From an uncultured Bacteroidota bacterium (GTDB lineage Bacteria > Bacteroidota > Bacteroidia > UKL13-3), in contig CAISCU010000005.1 of NCBI GenBank assembly GCA_903883965.1, positions 26,818-90,817 of the forward strand: 64,000 bases of DNA. Reading direction: 5' to 3'. The position numbers were made by a program, and so were the translations under genes. Positions 28,494-38,391 of this stretch are shown here, piece after piece. The number at the start of each line of letters is the position of its first letter. Within the stretch, counting starts at the first letter, position 1. Under the pieces are notes generated by a model that made no database searches, was not told the DNA's origin, and saw only the letters and a program-made list of their open reading frames with translations.

Positions 28494-29822
28494 ATGGCAT
28501 GTGGCTCAGGAGGATGCAGCACCGGTTCATGTAGTTCAGGTGCTTGCAATAAATTAAATACATTTGATTGGCTTGCAGAGATGGAACTTCCACCTCACCA
28601 AAAGCCTTTTGACATTGTTGAAGTTAGGTTTAAAGGAACTCGAAAAGAGTTTTACCGTTTACCTGCACAGGTTGAATGTTATATCAATGAACAAGTGGTA
28701 GTTGAAGCCGAACATGGCTTCGACATAGGCACTTTGAGTTTAAAAGGTGAGTTGGTGAAACTTCAAATGAAAAAGTACAACCGCACAGAAGAACAAGGGG
28801 ACTTTAAAAAAATCATTAGAAAAGCCAATGAGGCTGATACTGCCAAGTTAAAGGAAAACCAAGAATTGGAAGTGCCTACCATGTACAAGGCAAGAAGCAT
28901 TGCCATGGAATTGGGTTTGAGCATGAAGTTGAGTGATGTAGAATACCAAGGTGATAGGAGAAAAGCTGTTTTCTATTATACAGCTGAAGAACGCGTAGAT
29001 TTTAGAGAATTGATCAAGCGCTTGGCAGATGCTTTCAAGGTTAGAATTGAAATGAGACAAATTGGTTACCGCCAAGAAGCAGGTAGATTAGGAGGGATTG
29101 GCTCATGTGGAAGAGAATTGTGTTGCAGTACTTGGTTAACTGATTTTAAATTGGTGCATACCAATGCAGCCAGGTACCAAAACTTATCGCTCAATCAATT
29201 GAAATTATCGGGTCAGTGTGGTAAATTAAAATGTTGCTTGAATTTTGAATTGGATGCATACCTAGAAGCCTTAAAAGAGTTTCCTCAGAATACCCATTTG
29301 GTGCTTGATTTTGCGAACGACAAATCTTACAAATTGGTAAAAACAGACATCCTCAAACGCATTATGTGGTTTGCGCCTAAATCTGAAATGGGTGGAGAAT
29401 GGTTAAATTTATCGGTAAAAGAAGTCAATAAATTTGTAGAGCAAAATAACAACGGAATTAAACCAGAACTCCAATATGCCAAACCAGAGCAAGCCAAACA
29501 AGTAAAGGTTGAGCTTGATTTCCAAAATGATATGGGTATTGATTCTGTTACCCGTTTAGACGAGAGAGAAAGGCAAAAGAACCGCAATCATAAAAACCGC
29601 TCTGGAAAGCCCCCTTTTAACAAGGCACAGCAAGGCAATAGAAATGGTAACACACCACAAGCCAATGCCAAGCCAATTGAGGCCAAATCACCTCAACAGC
29701 TTGTTACCAATTCTACAAATACGCAACCTACTCAAGCAAATCAGCCTAGAAAAAAACCTCCTTTTAAAAAGAAGTTTAACAACAACAGGCCTGCTGGAAA
29801 TGAACAAAAACCCAAAGAATAA
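28494..29822 (+). CDS. PSP1 domain-containing protein (RicT/YaaT-like)
   Basis: PSP1 core with a conserved Cys cluster (GSCGRELCCSTWL; ..GQCGKLKCCLNFE). There is an N-terminal Cys-rich stretch (MACGSGGCSTGSCSSGAC) and a ~120-aa K/Q/N-rich low-complexity tail. It follows holB, as yaaT follows holB in Bacillus. Confidence 0.75.
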   Translation: MACGSGGCSTGSCSSGACNKLNTFDWLAEMELPPHQKPFDIVEVRFKGTRKEFYRLPAQVECYINEQVVVEAEHGFDIGTLSLKGELVKLQMKKYNRTEEQGDFKKIIRKANEADTAKLKENQELEVPTMYKARSIAMELGLSMKLSDVEYQGDRRKAVFYYTAEERVDFRELIKRLADAFKVRIEMRQIGYRQEAGRLGGIGSCGRELCCSTWLTDFKLVHTNAARYQNLSLNQLKLSGQCGKLKCCLNFELDAYLEALKEFPQNTHLVLDFANDKSYKLVKTDILKRIMWFAPKSEMGGEWLNLSVKEVNKFVEQNNNGIKPELQYAKPEQAKQVKVELDFQNDMGIDSVTRLDERERQKNRNHKNRSGKPPFNKAQQGNRNGNTPQANAKPIEAKSPQQLVTNSTNTQPTQANQPRKKPPFKKKFNNNRPAGNEQKPKE

Positions 29823-30297
29823 CAAGTTGAAACAGCTTTTAAAAATAATTGTATTGGTAAGCAGTTTGTTTGTAATTGCCTGCGATTCGAACCGATTAAT
29901 AGATGAAAACAAAGACTTGCCGGTTCAGGGTTGGAATTACCAGAATAAACTCATTTTTGATGTACCTATTACTGATACCATAGCCCAATACAATTTGTAT
30001 TTAAATGTGCGAATCAGTGCCGATTATTTATTTAGTAATTTGTATTTAAACTTGCATACCACCACACCTGCTATGCAAAAACAAACCGAACGCAAGGAAT
30101 TAATTTTAGCCGACGAAAACGGCAAATGGTTGGGCAAAGGCTTAGGTGATTTGTACGATTACCAAGTTCCGGTAAAAGAAAAATTTAGGTTCAAAGAAAA
30201 TGGTATTTACCGCTTTGAATTGGAACAAAACATGCGAAATGATACGCTATCTGGCGTTATTTCTTCAGGTATTCGATTAGAGAAAGTATCCCAATAA
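29800..30297 (+). CDS. gldH: gliding motility lipoprotein GldH
   Basis: The start is refined to the ATG at 29800, giving a 165-aa lipoprotein (signal ..LVSSLFVIAC lipobox). It has GldH-like conserved blocks (YNLYLNVRISADYLFSNLYL; GKWLGKGLGDL; QNMRND; GIRLE) as far as I recall the family. It overlaps the 3' end of the PSP1 gene by 23 bp. Confidence 0.65.
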   Translation: MNKNPKNNKLKQLLKIIVLVSSLFVIACDSNRLIDENKDLPVQGWNYQNKLIFDVPITDTIAQYNLYLNVRISADYLFSNLYLNLHTTTPAMQKQTERKELILADENGKWLGKGLGDLYDYQVPVKEKFRFKENGIYRFELEQNMRNDTLSGVISSGIRLEKVSQ

Positions 30298-30299
30298 AC

Positions 30300-30875
30300 T
30301 TAAGCTTGAAGCCACCTCTTGGCGATTGCTAAAGTATAGTTACAGTACTCGGCTAAACCAATGTCAAAAAGTTGGTTGCCTAAGCTGTTACCTTTTTCGT
30401 CTAATACTTCTTTTACAAAATGCACTTCAAATATCTTAGCCGAAACGATTGATTCTGTTTGGCTAAACCCAATGAGTTTATTTACAATTTGCATCAATTG
30501 AATGGCAGGTACTTTGCCACCTTTTCCTGATGAAACGCCAACAAACGAAAATACTTTGTTTTGCAGGGCATTTTTAAATGGAGGAAAACTCAAACAGTGC
30601 AACAAGTTTAGCAATTCTGGGGTTGTACTCCAATTGTACTCTGGCGATACAAATAAAATGAGGTTGCTGTTTTCAAAAGCAGCAACACAACTTGCTTGAA
30701 ATGCGGTTAACTCAGTTGGTTTAAAACCTCCCTGTGATAAAAAAGGAATGTCGTAATTGCTAAAATCAATGACTTGAACTTCGTGATTTGCTTGGGTTAA
30801 TTTTTCAAGAGCATAAGCTACTCGAATGGTATTGTTGTTTTCTCTGGCAGAACCTGAAACAATGGTAATTTTCAT
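30300..30875 (-). CDS. NAD(P)H-dependent FMN reductase family oxidoreductase (flavodoxin-like fold)
   Basis: N-terminal MKITIVSGSAREN.NT motif typical of the NADPH-dependent FMN reductase / flavodoxin-like family; 191 aa. Confidence 0.7.
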   Translation of the reverse strand: MKITIVSGSARENNNTIRVAYALEKLTQANHEVQVIDFSNYDIPFLSQGGFKPTELTAFQASCVAAFENSNLILFVSPEYNWSTTPELLNLLHCLSFPPFKNALQNKVFSFVGVSSGKGGKVPAIQLMQIVNKLIGFSQTESIVSAKIFEVHFVKEVLDEKGNSLGNQLFDIGLAEYCNYTLAIAKRWLQA

Positions 30876-31780
30876 TTTGTTGATGGAATATACTTTTTAA
30901 CAAACCGATACAGGTTAAAGTTTTCGCCAAACTCGGTTTCGATACTTTTCTTGATTTCTGCAGGCACCAGGTCTTTTATTCTAGACTGAGTAATAAGGTT
31001 GATGGCTTTTTTTACCAAGAGTTCAATTTTTTTCTCATGGTGGTGTTGACTTTGTTGATGAGCCACAATGGCATCCATTAATTTTTCAATGCCTTTTTTG
31101 TTGTTGGCAATTGTTTGTAACACGGGTATTTCCCAGTCTTTATTGGCTGTTTGATGAGCCAATTGCACCAAGTTTCGGTAAAAAATATCGGCGCCATTGC
31201 GGTCCGATTTATTCAGTACAAATACATCGGCAATTTCCATGATGCCGCTTTTAATGGTTTGAATTTCGTCTCCAGCCTCAGGAACCAAAACCAACACAGT
31301 GGTATCGGCTAAGGCGGCAATTTCAACTTCACTTTGTCCTACTCCCACTGTTTCTATAAATATATAATCAAAATTGGCGCATTTTAATAAATCGCAAACT
31401 TCAAAAACCTTTGGTGCCAATCCGCCTAAACTACCTCTGGTAGCCATGCTTCTGATAAATACATTAGGAAGTAAATAGTGCTCATTCATGCGCAGTCGGT
31501 CACCAAGTAAAGCTCCTTGATTGAATGGAGAACTGGGGTCAACAGCAATCACAGCAACTCTTTTGTTTAATGTATTTAAATGAGACAGAATTGCACTGAT
31601 GAGCGTACTTTTTCCAGCACCAGGAGGGCCCGTAAACCCGATAACTGGTGTATTGTTAAATGGCAAGTATTTTAACAAATCAAGGTAATCAGGATGCTCA
31701 TTTTCAATGCCCGTAATGGCTCTTGAAATGGCCCTGATGTTTCCATTTGAAATGGCTGCTATGCTTGCTTCTGAAATCAA
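30872..31780 (-). CDS. meaB: methylmalonyl-CoA-mutase-associated GTPase MeaB (ArgK/LAO-AO transport kinase family)
   Basis: P-loop GFTGPPGAGKSTLI, switch regions and a G4 NKSD motif (VFVLNKSD). The apparent start is TTG. It overlaps the downstream oxidoreductase gene by 4 bp. Confidence 0.8.
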   Translation of the reverse strand: MISEASIAAISNGNIRAISRAITGIENEHPDYLDLLKYLPFNNTPVIGFTGPPGAGKSTLISAILSHLNTLNKRVAVIAVDPSSPFNQGALLGDRLRMNEHYLLPNVFIRSMATRGSLGGLAPKVFEVCDLLKCANFDYIFIETVGVGQSEVEIAALADTTVLVLVPEAGDEIQTIKSGIMEIADVFVLNKSDRNGADIFYRNLVQLAHQTANKDWEIPVLQTIANNKKGIEKLMDAIVAHQQSQHHHEKKIELLVKKAINLITQSRIKDLVPAEIKKSIETEFGENFNLYRFVKKYIPSTK

Positions 31781-32215
31781 TTAACAGTTTATTTTATGAA
31801 CCCTGTTGGCATGCCTTCCACCTTCGAAAGCCGTGTTTAAAAATACCTCGCTAATGGCTTTTGCAGTTTCTATGTCTATGAATCGAGCAGGTAAGCACAA
31901 TACATTTGCATCGTTATGCAACCTGGCCAACTCACCTAAATCTTTGTTCCAGCACAAAGCAGCACGAATGCCTTGGTGTTTATTGGCAGTCATACATACA
32001 CCATTGCCACTTCCGCAAATCAAAATACCAAATGTGCTGTTTCCAGCAAGTACTTCATTTGCCAAAGGATGTGTTACATCTGGGTAATCAACAGAATCAG
32101 ATGAATGTGCACCGAAATCAATGAATTCAAATCCTTTTTCGGTTAAAAATTGTTTGATGGCAGTTTTGTATTCAAAACCAGCATGATCTGCTGCAATGGC
32201 TATTTTAATACCCAT
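31781..32215 (-). CDS. rpiB: ribose-5-phosphate isomerase B
   Basis: MGIKIAIAADHAGFEYK... RpiB/LacAB fold, 144 aa. Confidence 0.85.
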   Translation of the reverse strand: MGIKIAIAADHAGFEYKTAIKQFLTEKGFEFIDFGAHSSDSVDYPDVTHPLANEVLAGNSTFGILICGSGNGVCMTANKHQGIRAALCWNKDLGELARLHNDANVLCLPARFIDIETAKAISEVFLNTAFEGGRHANRVHKINC

Positions 32216-32218
32216 ATT

Positions 32219-33055
32219 CTATTTTTTATTTTTATTTTTTTCTACTCGTCTGGCTACAATAATACTCAGTTCATACAATCCGTATAAAGGTATGGCCATC
32301 ATGATTTGACTGGCCATATCGGGAGAGGGAGTTAAAATGCCTGCAATCACCAAAATAACTACAATTGCATACCTTCTGTATTTGCTCATTAAACGGCTTC
32401 CGAGTATACCTATTTTGGCTAAGAAATAAACCAATATGGGCATTTCAAAAATAATGCCTGTTGCAAATGTTAATGTAGAAATAAAAGACACATAAGACTC
32501 CAAATTAATTTCGTTGCTTACCAAAGTGCTCACTTGGTATGAACCAAGGAACTGAATAGAAAGCGGAGACAATATGAAATAGCCAAAGGCAATACCTGTA
32601 AAGAACAGCATAGAGCTAAAAAACACTAGACCCTTGGCATAGTTGATTTCTTTTTCGTTGAGAGCTGGTTTGATAAAGCGCCAAAGTTGCCAAAGCACAA
32701 AAGGAAAAGCAAGGATAATGCCTCCTACAAACGAAATAAATAAATGCTGAGTAAACTGTCCTGTGATATCAATGTTAGAGAGCACAAAACCTATTTCTTT
32801 TACACAGTAACTATCGTTTCCAATGAATTGATTGGATAGCTCACACATGATTTCGTAGGTCCAAAAATTTGTATGCATTGGACCAAATAAGATCACATCA
32901 AACAACAGGTATTTGTTAAAAAACACAACTACTGCACATACAAAAATGGCAATAACCGATTTCATGATATGGCTTCTCAATTCATCGACATGGTCGAAGA
33001 AGCTCATTTCTTTCTCTTCGGTTTTTAATTCTTCTTCTAATTGATCAAGTGCCAT
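32219..33055 (-). CDS. tatC: twin-arginine translocase subunit TatC
   Basis: Six TM helices and an N-terminal (F/L)..H..ELR motif (MSFFDHVDELRSHI). An alternative internal start at 33007 is possible. Confidence 0.85.
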   Translation of the reverse strand: MALDQLEEELKTEEKEMSFFDHVDELRSHIMKSVIAIFVCAVVVFFNKYLLFDVILFGPMHTNFWTYEIMCELSNQFIGNDSYCVKEIGFVLSNIDITGQFTQHLFISFVGGIILAFPFVLWQLWRFIKPALNEKEINYAKGLVFFSSMLFFTGIAFGYFILSPLSIQFLGSYQVSTLVSNEINLESYVSFISTLTFATGIIFEMPILVYFLAKIGILGSRLMSKYRRYAIVVILVIAGILTPSPDMASQIMMAIPLYGLYELSIIVARRVEKNKNKK

Positions 33056-33072
33056 TTTATAGTTGCGATTGG

Positions 33073-35313
33073 TTATGATTCAAGCAGATTACCTAAACTA
33101 TTTTCATACAAATTCATATAATCTGTTGTGTGGCCAAACTGTTCAGCATTTATTTCAATACTGCCATTGCTTACATGTCCAATACAATCAAATGTAATGG
33201 CATGTTGGCTCAATAGGTTTTCAAATGCCTGTTTTTTAAGCGGGGTAACTGAAACCACTATGCGGCTTTGTGTTTCGCCAAACAAGTATGCATCCTTGCG
33301 GAGTGCATTATTTTGCTGAATATGGAAACCCAATTGATTTGGTTTTGCAGATTCAAAAAGGGCTACAAACAAGCCACCCTCACTGGTATCATGAGCCGAT
33401 TCTACTAATTGATGAGAAATGGCTGCCAATAATGCCTGTTGAATTTTGTATTCTTGGTCTAAATCAAAGTAAGGTGCAGGACTTTGTTTGACATTTTTGT
33501 AATGCACCAAATATTGCGAACTGTTAATGTCATTGTGTTGTTCACCCAATACATAGATTAAGTCGCCTTCTTTTTTGAAGTCAAGAGTCATTTGTTTACC
33601 GCCCGATGGAATTAAACCAACCATTCCAATAGTAGGAGTGGGGAAAACAGCATTGTCATCACTGCTTTGGTTGTAAAAGCTCACATTTCCGCCTGTTACA
33701 GGAGTATCGAATTTTCTACAAGCTTCTCCCATGCCTTTGATGGCATATACAAATTGGTAATATACTTCAGGATTGTAGGGGTTTCCAAAATTCAAACAAT
33801 TGGTTATGGCTGCAGGTTCTGCACCAGTACATACCAAGTTTCTTGCAGCTTCTGCTACAGCCATCATACTTCCTTTAAATGGGTCGGCGTAAACAAAACG
33901 GCTGTTGCAATCAACAGTCATGGCAATTGATTTGTCTGTACCTTTTACTTTTACAACAGCAGCATCAGATGCTTTGTTGGTAGTTTGATTAATGGTTCCA
34001 ACCATGCTGTCATATTGGTTGTACACCCATTTTTTGCTGGCAATATTGGGTTGAGCTAGGATCCATTTTGCAATTTGCTTTGCTTCATCCATTGAACAAT
34101 CAGCAATGTTATCTATCTGAAAAGCTTGAATGTCTTTGAAATATTTAGGCTCAGTATAGGCTCTTTCATAAACTGGAGCGCCACCACCCAACACCAAACT
34201 TTCTGCAGGAATATCGGCTCTGAGTTCATTGTTCATGTAGTACTGCACATGTTCAGAATCGGTCACTTCGCCTATAATGGCATACGTTAAATCCCATTTT
34301 TCGAATATTTTTTCTACCGTTTTCTCTTGGCCTTTTTTAACAATTACCAACATGCGTTCTTGGCTCTCACTCAACAAAATTTCCCAGTCTTTCATATCTG
34401 CCTGACGCATGGGAACCTTATCTAGCCAAATTTTCATGCCTGTTTTTGATTTAGCAGCCATTTCACTGGTTGAACAAGTAATACCTGCTGCACCCATGTC
34501 TTGCATACCAACAACGGCATCTGTTTCTAACAATTCCATACTTGCTTCGAGAATTAATTTCTCCCAAAAAGGATCACCTACTTGAACAGATGGTAAGTCT
34601 TTGGCTGAATCTTCGGTAATGTCTTTTGATGCAAATGCAGCTCCATGAATGCCATCTTTTCCGGTGGCCGATCCAAATATATAAACAGGATTTCCTGGTC
34701 CGTCAGCAATGGCTGAAACAGTATGTCCAACTTTTGCAATACCAACACTCATGGCATTGACCAATGGGTTAATTTGGTAGCAATCGTCAAAGTACACTTC
34801 GCCGCCAACCGTTGGAATTCCAAAGGCATTGCCATAATTGCCAATTCCTTTTACAACTCCTCTCACCAACCACTTGGTTCTTTCGTTGTGAATATTTCCA
34901 AATCGTAAAGAGTTTAATTGCGCAATGGGCCTGGCTCCCATAGAAAAAATATCTCTGTTAATGCCTCCAACTCCAGTAGCTGCACCTTGATAAGGCTCAA
35001 TGGCAGAAGGGTGGTTATGAGATTCTATTTTAAAACAGCAGGCAAGGCCATCTCCAATGTCTATTAAACCAGCATTTTCTTCGCCGGCTTTTGCGAGCAT
35101 TTTTTCACCTTCTTTGGGAAGGGTTTTTAACCAAATGATAGAGTTTTTATAAGAGCAATGCTCGCTCCACATCACAGAATAAATGCTCAACTCAGTAAAA
35201 GTTGGAACTCGGCCCAAAATTTCTTTGATTTTTTCGAATTCTTCGGGTCTTAAACCCAATTGTTGTGCTTGTTCTAAGCTAGCTAAATTTCCTACAGGTT
35301 GTACTTGACTCAT
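33073..35313 (-). CDS. purL: phosphoribosylformylglycinamidine synthase subunit PurL (FGAM synthase II)
   Basis: N-terminal ..[17 protein letters not shown] motif and duplicated AIR-synthase-related domains. The start is refined to the ATG at 35313 because the listed start is a TTG 7 codons upstream. Confidence 0.9.
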   Translation of the reverse strand: MSQVQPVGNLASLEQAQQLGLRPEEFEKIKEILGRVPTFTELSIYSVMWSEHCSYKNSIIWLKTLPKEGEKMLAKAGEENAGLIDIGDGLACCFKIESHNHPSAIEPYQGAATGVGGINRDIFSMGARPIAQLNSLRFGNIHNERTKWLVRGVVKGIGNYGNAFGIPTVGGEVYFDDCYQINPLVNAMSVGIAKVGHTVSAIADGPGNPVYIFGSATGKDGIHGAAFASKDITEDSAKDLPSVQVGDPFWEKLILEASMELLETDAVVGMQDMGAAGITCSTSEMAAKSKTGMKIWLDKVPMRQADMKDWEILLSESQERMLVIVKKGQEKTVEKIFEKWDLTYAIIGEVTDSEHVQYYMNNELRADIPAESLVLGGGAPVYERAYTEPKYFKDIQAFQIDNIADCSMDEAKQIAKWILAQPNIASKKWVYNQYDSMVGTINQTTNKASDAAVVKVKGTDKSIAMTVDCNSRFVYADPFKGSMMAVAEAARNLVCTGAEPAAITNCLNFGNPYNPEVYYQFVYAIKGMGEACRKFDTPVTGGNVSFYNQSSDDNAVFPTPTIGMVGLIPSGGKQMTLDFKKEGDLIYVLGEQHNDINSSQYLVHYKNVKQSPAPYFDLDQEYKIQQALLAAISHQLVESAHDTSEGGLFVALFESAKPNQLGFHIQQNNALRKDAYLFGETQSRIVVSVTPLKKQAFENLLSQHAITFDCIGHVSNGSIEINAEQFGHTTDYMNLYENSLGNLLES

Positions 35314-35402
35314 GGTAAAATTGAGAAAGCACAAAGTTGCAGTTTATTCCTCCGATTGCCAAATTGTTTCTAGATAAATTGGCCTAAAATGAGTATTTTA
35401 TT

Positions 35403-37451
35403 TTAGGCATTCAATAAATGTTGCAAAGCAGCAATTAGTTTGTCTACATTGGGCAAAATGGCGGCTTCTAAGTCAGTGTTTAGAGGGATAGCTGGCACAT
35501 TTTGTGCACCAAGTGTTGCAACGGGCGCGTCCAATTTTTGAAAGCATTGTTGCATGATTCTGGCAGCCAAACTTTCAGCAAATGAATTCAGTAAAGGCTC
35601 TTCAGTTAATACCAAACATTTGCCATGTATTTGCACCCGCTCCATAATTGTAGTTTCGTCTAATGGTTGCAGGGTTCTTAAGTCTAAGATTTCAATATTT
35701 CCATTAAGCTGTTTTGCAGCACTTAAAGCCCAATGTACACCCATTCCATAAGTGACCACCAAACAAGATTCTCCCATTGAAACAGCTTCTTCACTTGCAT
35801 GTTGTACAATATTGGCCTTGCCAAAAGGTAAAATATAATCGGCATCTGGCTCAATGCAACGGGCATTTTCAGTTCCTGGGTTTTTACTCCAATACAACCC
35901 TTTGTGTTCAAGCATAATGCAGGGGTTGCCATCGTAATAGGCTGCTTTCATTAAACCTTTCATGTCGGCAGCATTGCTAGGGTAAGCAATTTTTATACCC
36001 TTAATGGTGAGTAAAGTAGATTCTATACTTCCAGAATGGTAGGGGCCTCCACCACCATAAGCACCTATAGGAATTCGAATGATGGCACTGACTGGGTATT
36101 TTCCCATGCTTAAGTAACATGATTTTGAAACCTCACATACCAATTGGTTGATACCGCTCCATACATAATCGGCAAATTGAATTTCAACAATTGGCTTCAC
36201 GCCAACAGCACTCATTCCAACTGTAGAACCCACAATATATGCCTCCTGAATTGGCGTATTGAACACCCTATGTTCTCCATATTTTGCAGCAAGTGTAGCT
36301 GCTTCTCTAAATACACCTCCCAAACGCAAGCCAACATCTTGTCCGTAAAAAATACATTCTGGATGTTTGCTCATTAATTCGTCAACTGCATGCAAAGCAG
36401 CATCTACCATTACAACTGGTTCTTTTCCAATTGGGTTTCTATTGCCAACTTCTTTTGTTGCTTTACTTGTTGTGTATACATGGTCGGTTGCTGTTGCAAT
36501 TGCAGGATTTTCAGCCTCAACAGCTTGTTTGAATTGCTGTGCTACGCGGTCAATCTCTATGGCATTGATTTCGGTTAATTCTTTTTCACTTACTCCCAAT
36601 TGCACCAATTTCACATACATTTTATCGAGAGGGTCAAGCCGACCATGTTTACTTAGATCTTCATCGGTTCTATACCATTCTTTCCTAACGCCCGATGTAT
36701 GGTGACCCAATAGTGGAACTTTTGCATGTAACAAAATAGGGCCTCTTTTTTCACGGACATAATCGATGCATTGGTGAACGGCAATCCAAGACTTTTCAAA
36801 ATCACTGCCATCTACTCTTAAACGTTGTAAACCCTTGAAGCCAGCAGCATATTCGTAGGCATCCATGGCGCGCATTTCAGATCCACTTGCGCTAATTCCC
36901 CAATCGTTGTCTTGTATTAAATAAAAAATAGGTAGATTTTTTAATACTGCCATTTGAAAGGCTTCTGCTACTTCTCCTTCAGTAACTGAGCCATCTCCTA
37001 AGCTGCACAATACAACAGGTTTTTCGGTTAAATCTATCAATCCCTGTGATTCCAAATAGGCGACTCCATGTGCCATTCCAGTAGCAGGTATGGCTTGCAT
37101 GCCAGTAGCACTACTTTGGTGTGGCATTCTTGGAAAACCATCTCTGTTTAAACTTGGATGGCTGTAATAGGTTCTACCCCCTGAAAATGGGTCTTCTGCT
37201 TTGGCTAAAAGCTGTAACATGAGTTCGTACGGACTCAAGCCCATTGCCAACAGTAGGCTTTCGTCTCGGTAATAAGGCGATGCAAAATCTTGTGACTGCA
37301 ATTGCATACCAACAGCTAGCTGAATGGCTTCATGTCCACGGCTGGTTGAGTGTACATATTTGGTTACAGCCCTGTTGGCATCATAAATATCTGCCATTGC
37401 TCTGGCTGTGCACATCAGCGTATAAGCCTCTAATAAAGTTTCTTTTTTCAT
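35403..37451 (-). CDS. 2-oxoacid dehydrogenase E1 component, fused alpha/beta subunits (TPP-dependent)
   Basis: 682 aa: an N-terminal E1-alpha TPP-binding region (..GDGS..EGE..EA...A) followed by a transketolase-like E1-beta pyrimidine-binding region and C-terminal domain. Confidence 0.8.
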   Translation of the reverse strand: MKKETLLEAYTLMCTARAMADIYDANRAVTKYVHSTSRGHEAIQLAVGMQLQSQDFASPYYRDESLLLAMGLSPYELMLQLLAKAEDPFSGGRTYYSHPSLNRDGFPRMPHQSSATGMQAIPATGMAHGVAYLESQGLIDLTEKPVVLCSLGDGSVTEGEVAEAFQMAVLKNLPIFYLIQDNDWGISASGSEMRAMDAYEYAAGFKGLQRLRVDGSDFEKSWIAVHQCIDYVREKRGPILLHAKVPLLGHHTSGVRKEWYRTDEDLSKHGRLDPLDKMYVKLVQLGVSEKELTEINAIEIDRVAQQFKQAVEAENPAIATATDHVYTTSKATKEVGNRNPIGKEPVVMVDAALHAVDELMSKHPECIFYGQDVGLRLGGVFREAATLAAKYGEHRVFNTPIQEAYIVGSTVGMSAVGVKPIVEIQFADYVWSGINQLVCEVSKSCYLSMGKYPVSAIIRIPIGAYGGGGPYHSGSIESTLLTIKGIKIAYPSNAADMKGLMKAAYYDGNPCIMLEHKGLYWSKNPGTENARCIEPDADYILPFGKANIVQHASEEAVSMGESCLVVTYGMGVHWALSAAKQLNGNIEILDLRTLQPLDETTIMERVQIHGKCLVLTEEPLLNSFAESLAARIMQQCFQKLDAPVATLGAQNVPAIPLNTDLEAAILPNVDKLIAALQHLLNA

Positions 37452-37524
37452 AAGAACGGTACAAGTTTAACAAATTATCAGCAAACACCGCCAAAAACAA
37501 GCTTTATTTCCGTATAATTGTTTC

Positions 37525-38391
37525 ATGAATTTAGTTGAAAATCCTTTCAAAAAAATTGCAATCGCAGTTGCGTTTTCTCCTCGCTGCGAGGCTTTGTTGG
37601 CTGAGGCAAAACAACTGCAAGACAAATTAGGGGCAGCACTTGTTTTTGTTCATATAGGAAAAAAAACTTTCCACCAGGAGCAGTATTTGAAACACCTCAT
37701 TCACAGGTTTGGACTTGACTCAAAAAACAATAAAATTATTTGGGAAGAAGGAGAAACAGTAGATACCATTTTGGCTGTTTGTCAGAATGAATCAATTGAT
37801 TTGCTGGTTGCGGGTGCCTTAGAAAAAGAAAATCTCTTAAAGTACTTTTTAGGTGGAGTTGCCAGAAAATTGAGCCGAAAAGTCAAATGCAGCATGTTGA
37901 TGTTAACCGAACCCAACATCCATCCAACCGGTTTCAAAAATATAGTGGTTGAGGGCAGTGACCACCCTAAGTCTGAATATACCATTGCAGCTGCAATTGC
38001 TGTAGGTAAGGCTTACCAATCAGCTTCGCTCAATATCATTCAAGAAACCGACTTGAGTAAAATGGCATTGATCAGACACGAAGAGTTAAAAGAAGCAGAA
38101 GTAGAGGCCATCAAAGAAGAATTTGTTAAAGAAGAAGACCATAAACTTGAAGCTATCTTAAAATGCAATGATTACAGTGGCTTAACTGTTTGTACAGAGA
38201 GAATAGAAGGCAAACCAGGTTATGTTATTAGTAAGTTTGCAAGAGAGAAACAAGCCGATTTGTTGGTTTTAAATTCGCCAGACAAACAAATGAATTTAAT
38301 TGACAGGGTGTTCCCGCATGATATAGAGTTTGCCTTGGCCGACCTTCCTTGTAATTTATTAATTGTACAAGAAACCCAATACACGCTTTGA
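37525..38391 (+). CDS. universal stress protein family protein (tandem UspA domains)
   Basis: Two UspA-like halves (..KIAIAVAFSPR...L...A..L......A.L.FVHI; a C-terminal ADLLVL motif). Confidence 0.7.
   Translation: MNLVENPFKKIAIAVAFSPRCEALLAEAKQLQDKLGAALVFVHIGKKTFHQEQYLKHLIHRFGLDSKNNKIIWEEGETVDTILAVCQNESIDLLVAGALEKENLLKYFLGGVARKLSRKVKCSMLMLTEPNIHPTGFKNIVVEGSDHPKSEYTIAAAIAVGKAYQSASLNIIQETDLSKMALIRHEELKEAEVEAIKEEFVKEEDHKLEAILKCNDYSGLTVCTERIEGKPGYVISKFAREKQADLLVLNSPDKQMNLIDRVFPHDIEFALADLPCNLLIVQETQYTL

Noticed and set aside
29644-29799. Upstream extension of the listed ORF 29644..30297 (MVTHHKPMPSQLRPN...)
   Set aside because: This stretch overlaps the K/Q/N-rich tail of the PSP1 protein in another frame and has no signal-peptide character. 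The ATG at 29800 yields a canonical lipoprotein N-terminus, so the extension is an artefact of the frame staying open.
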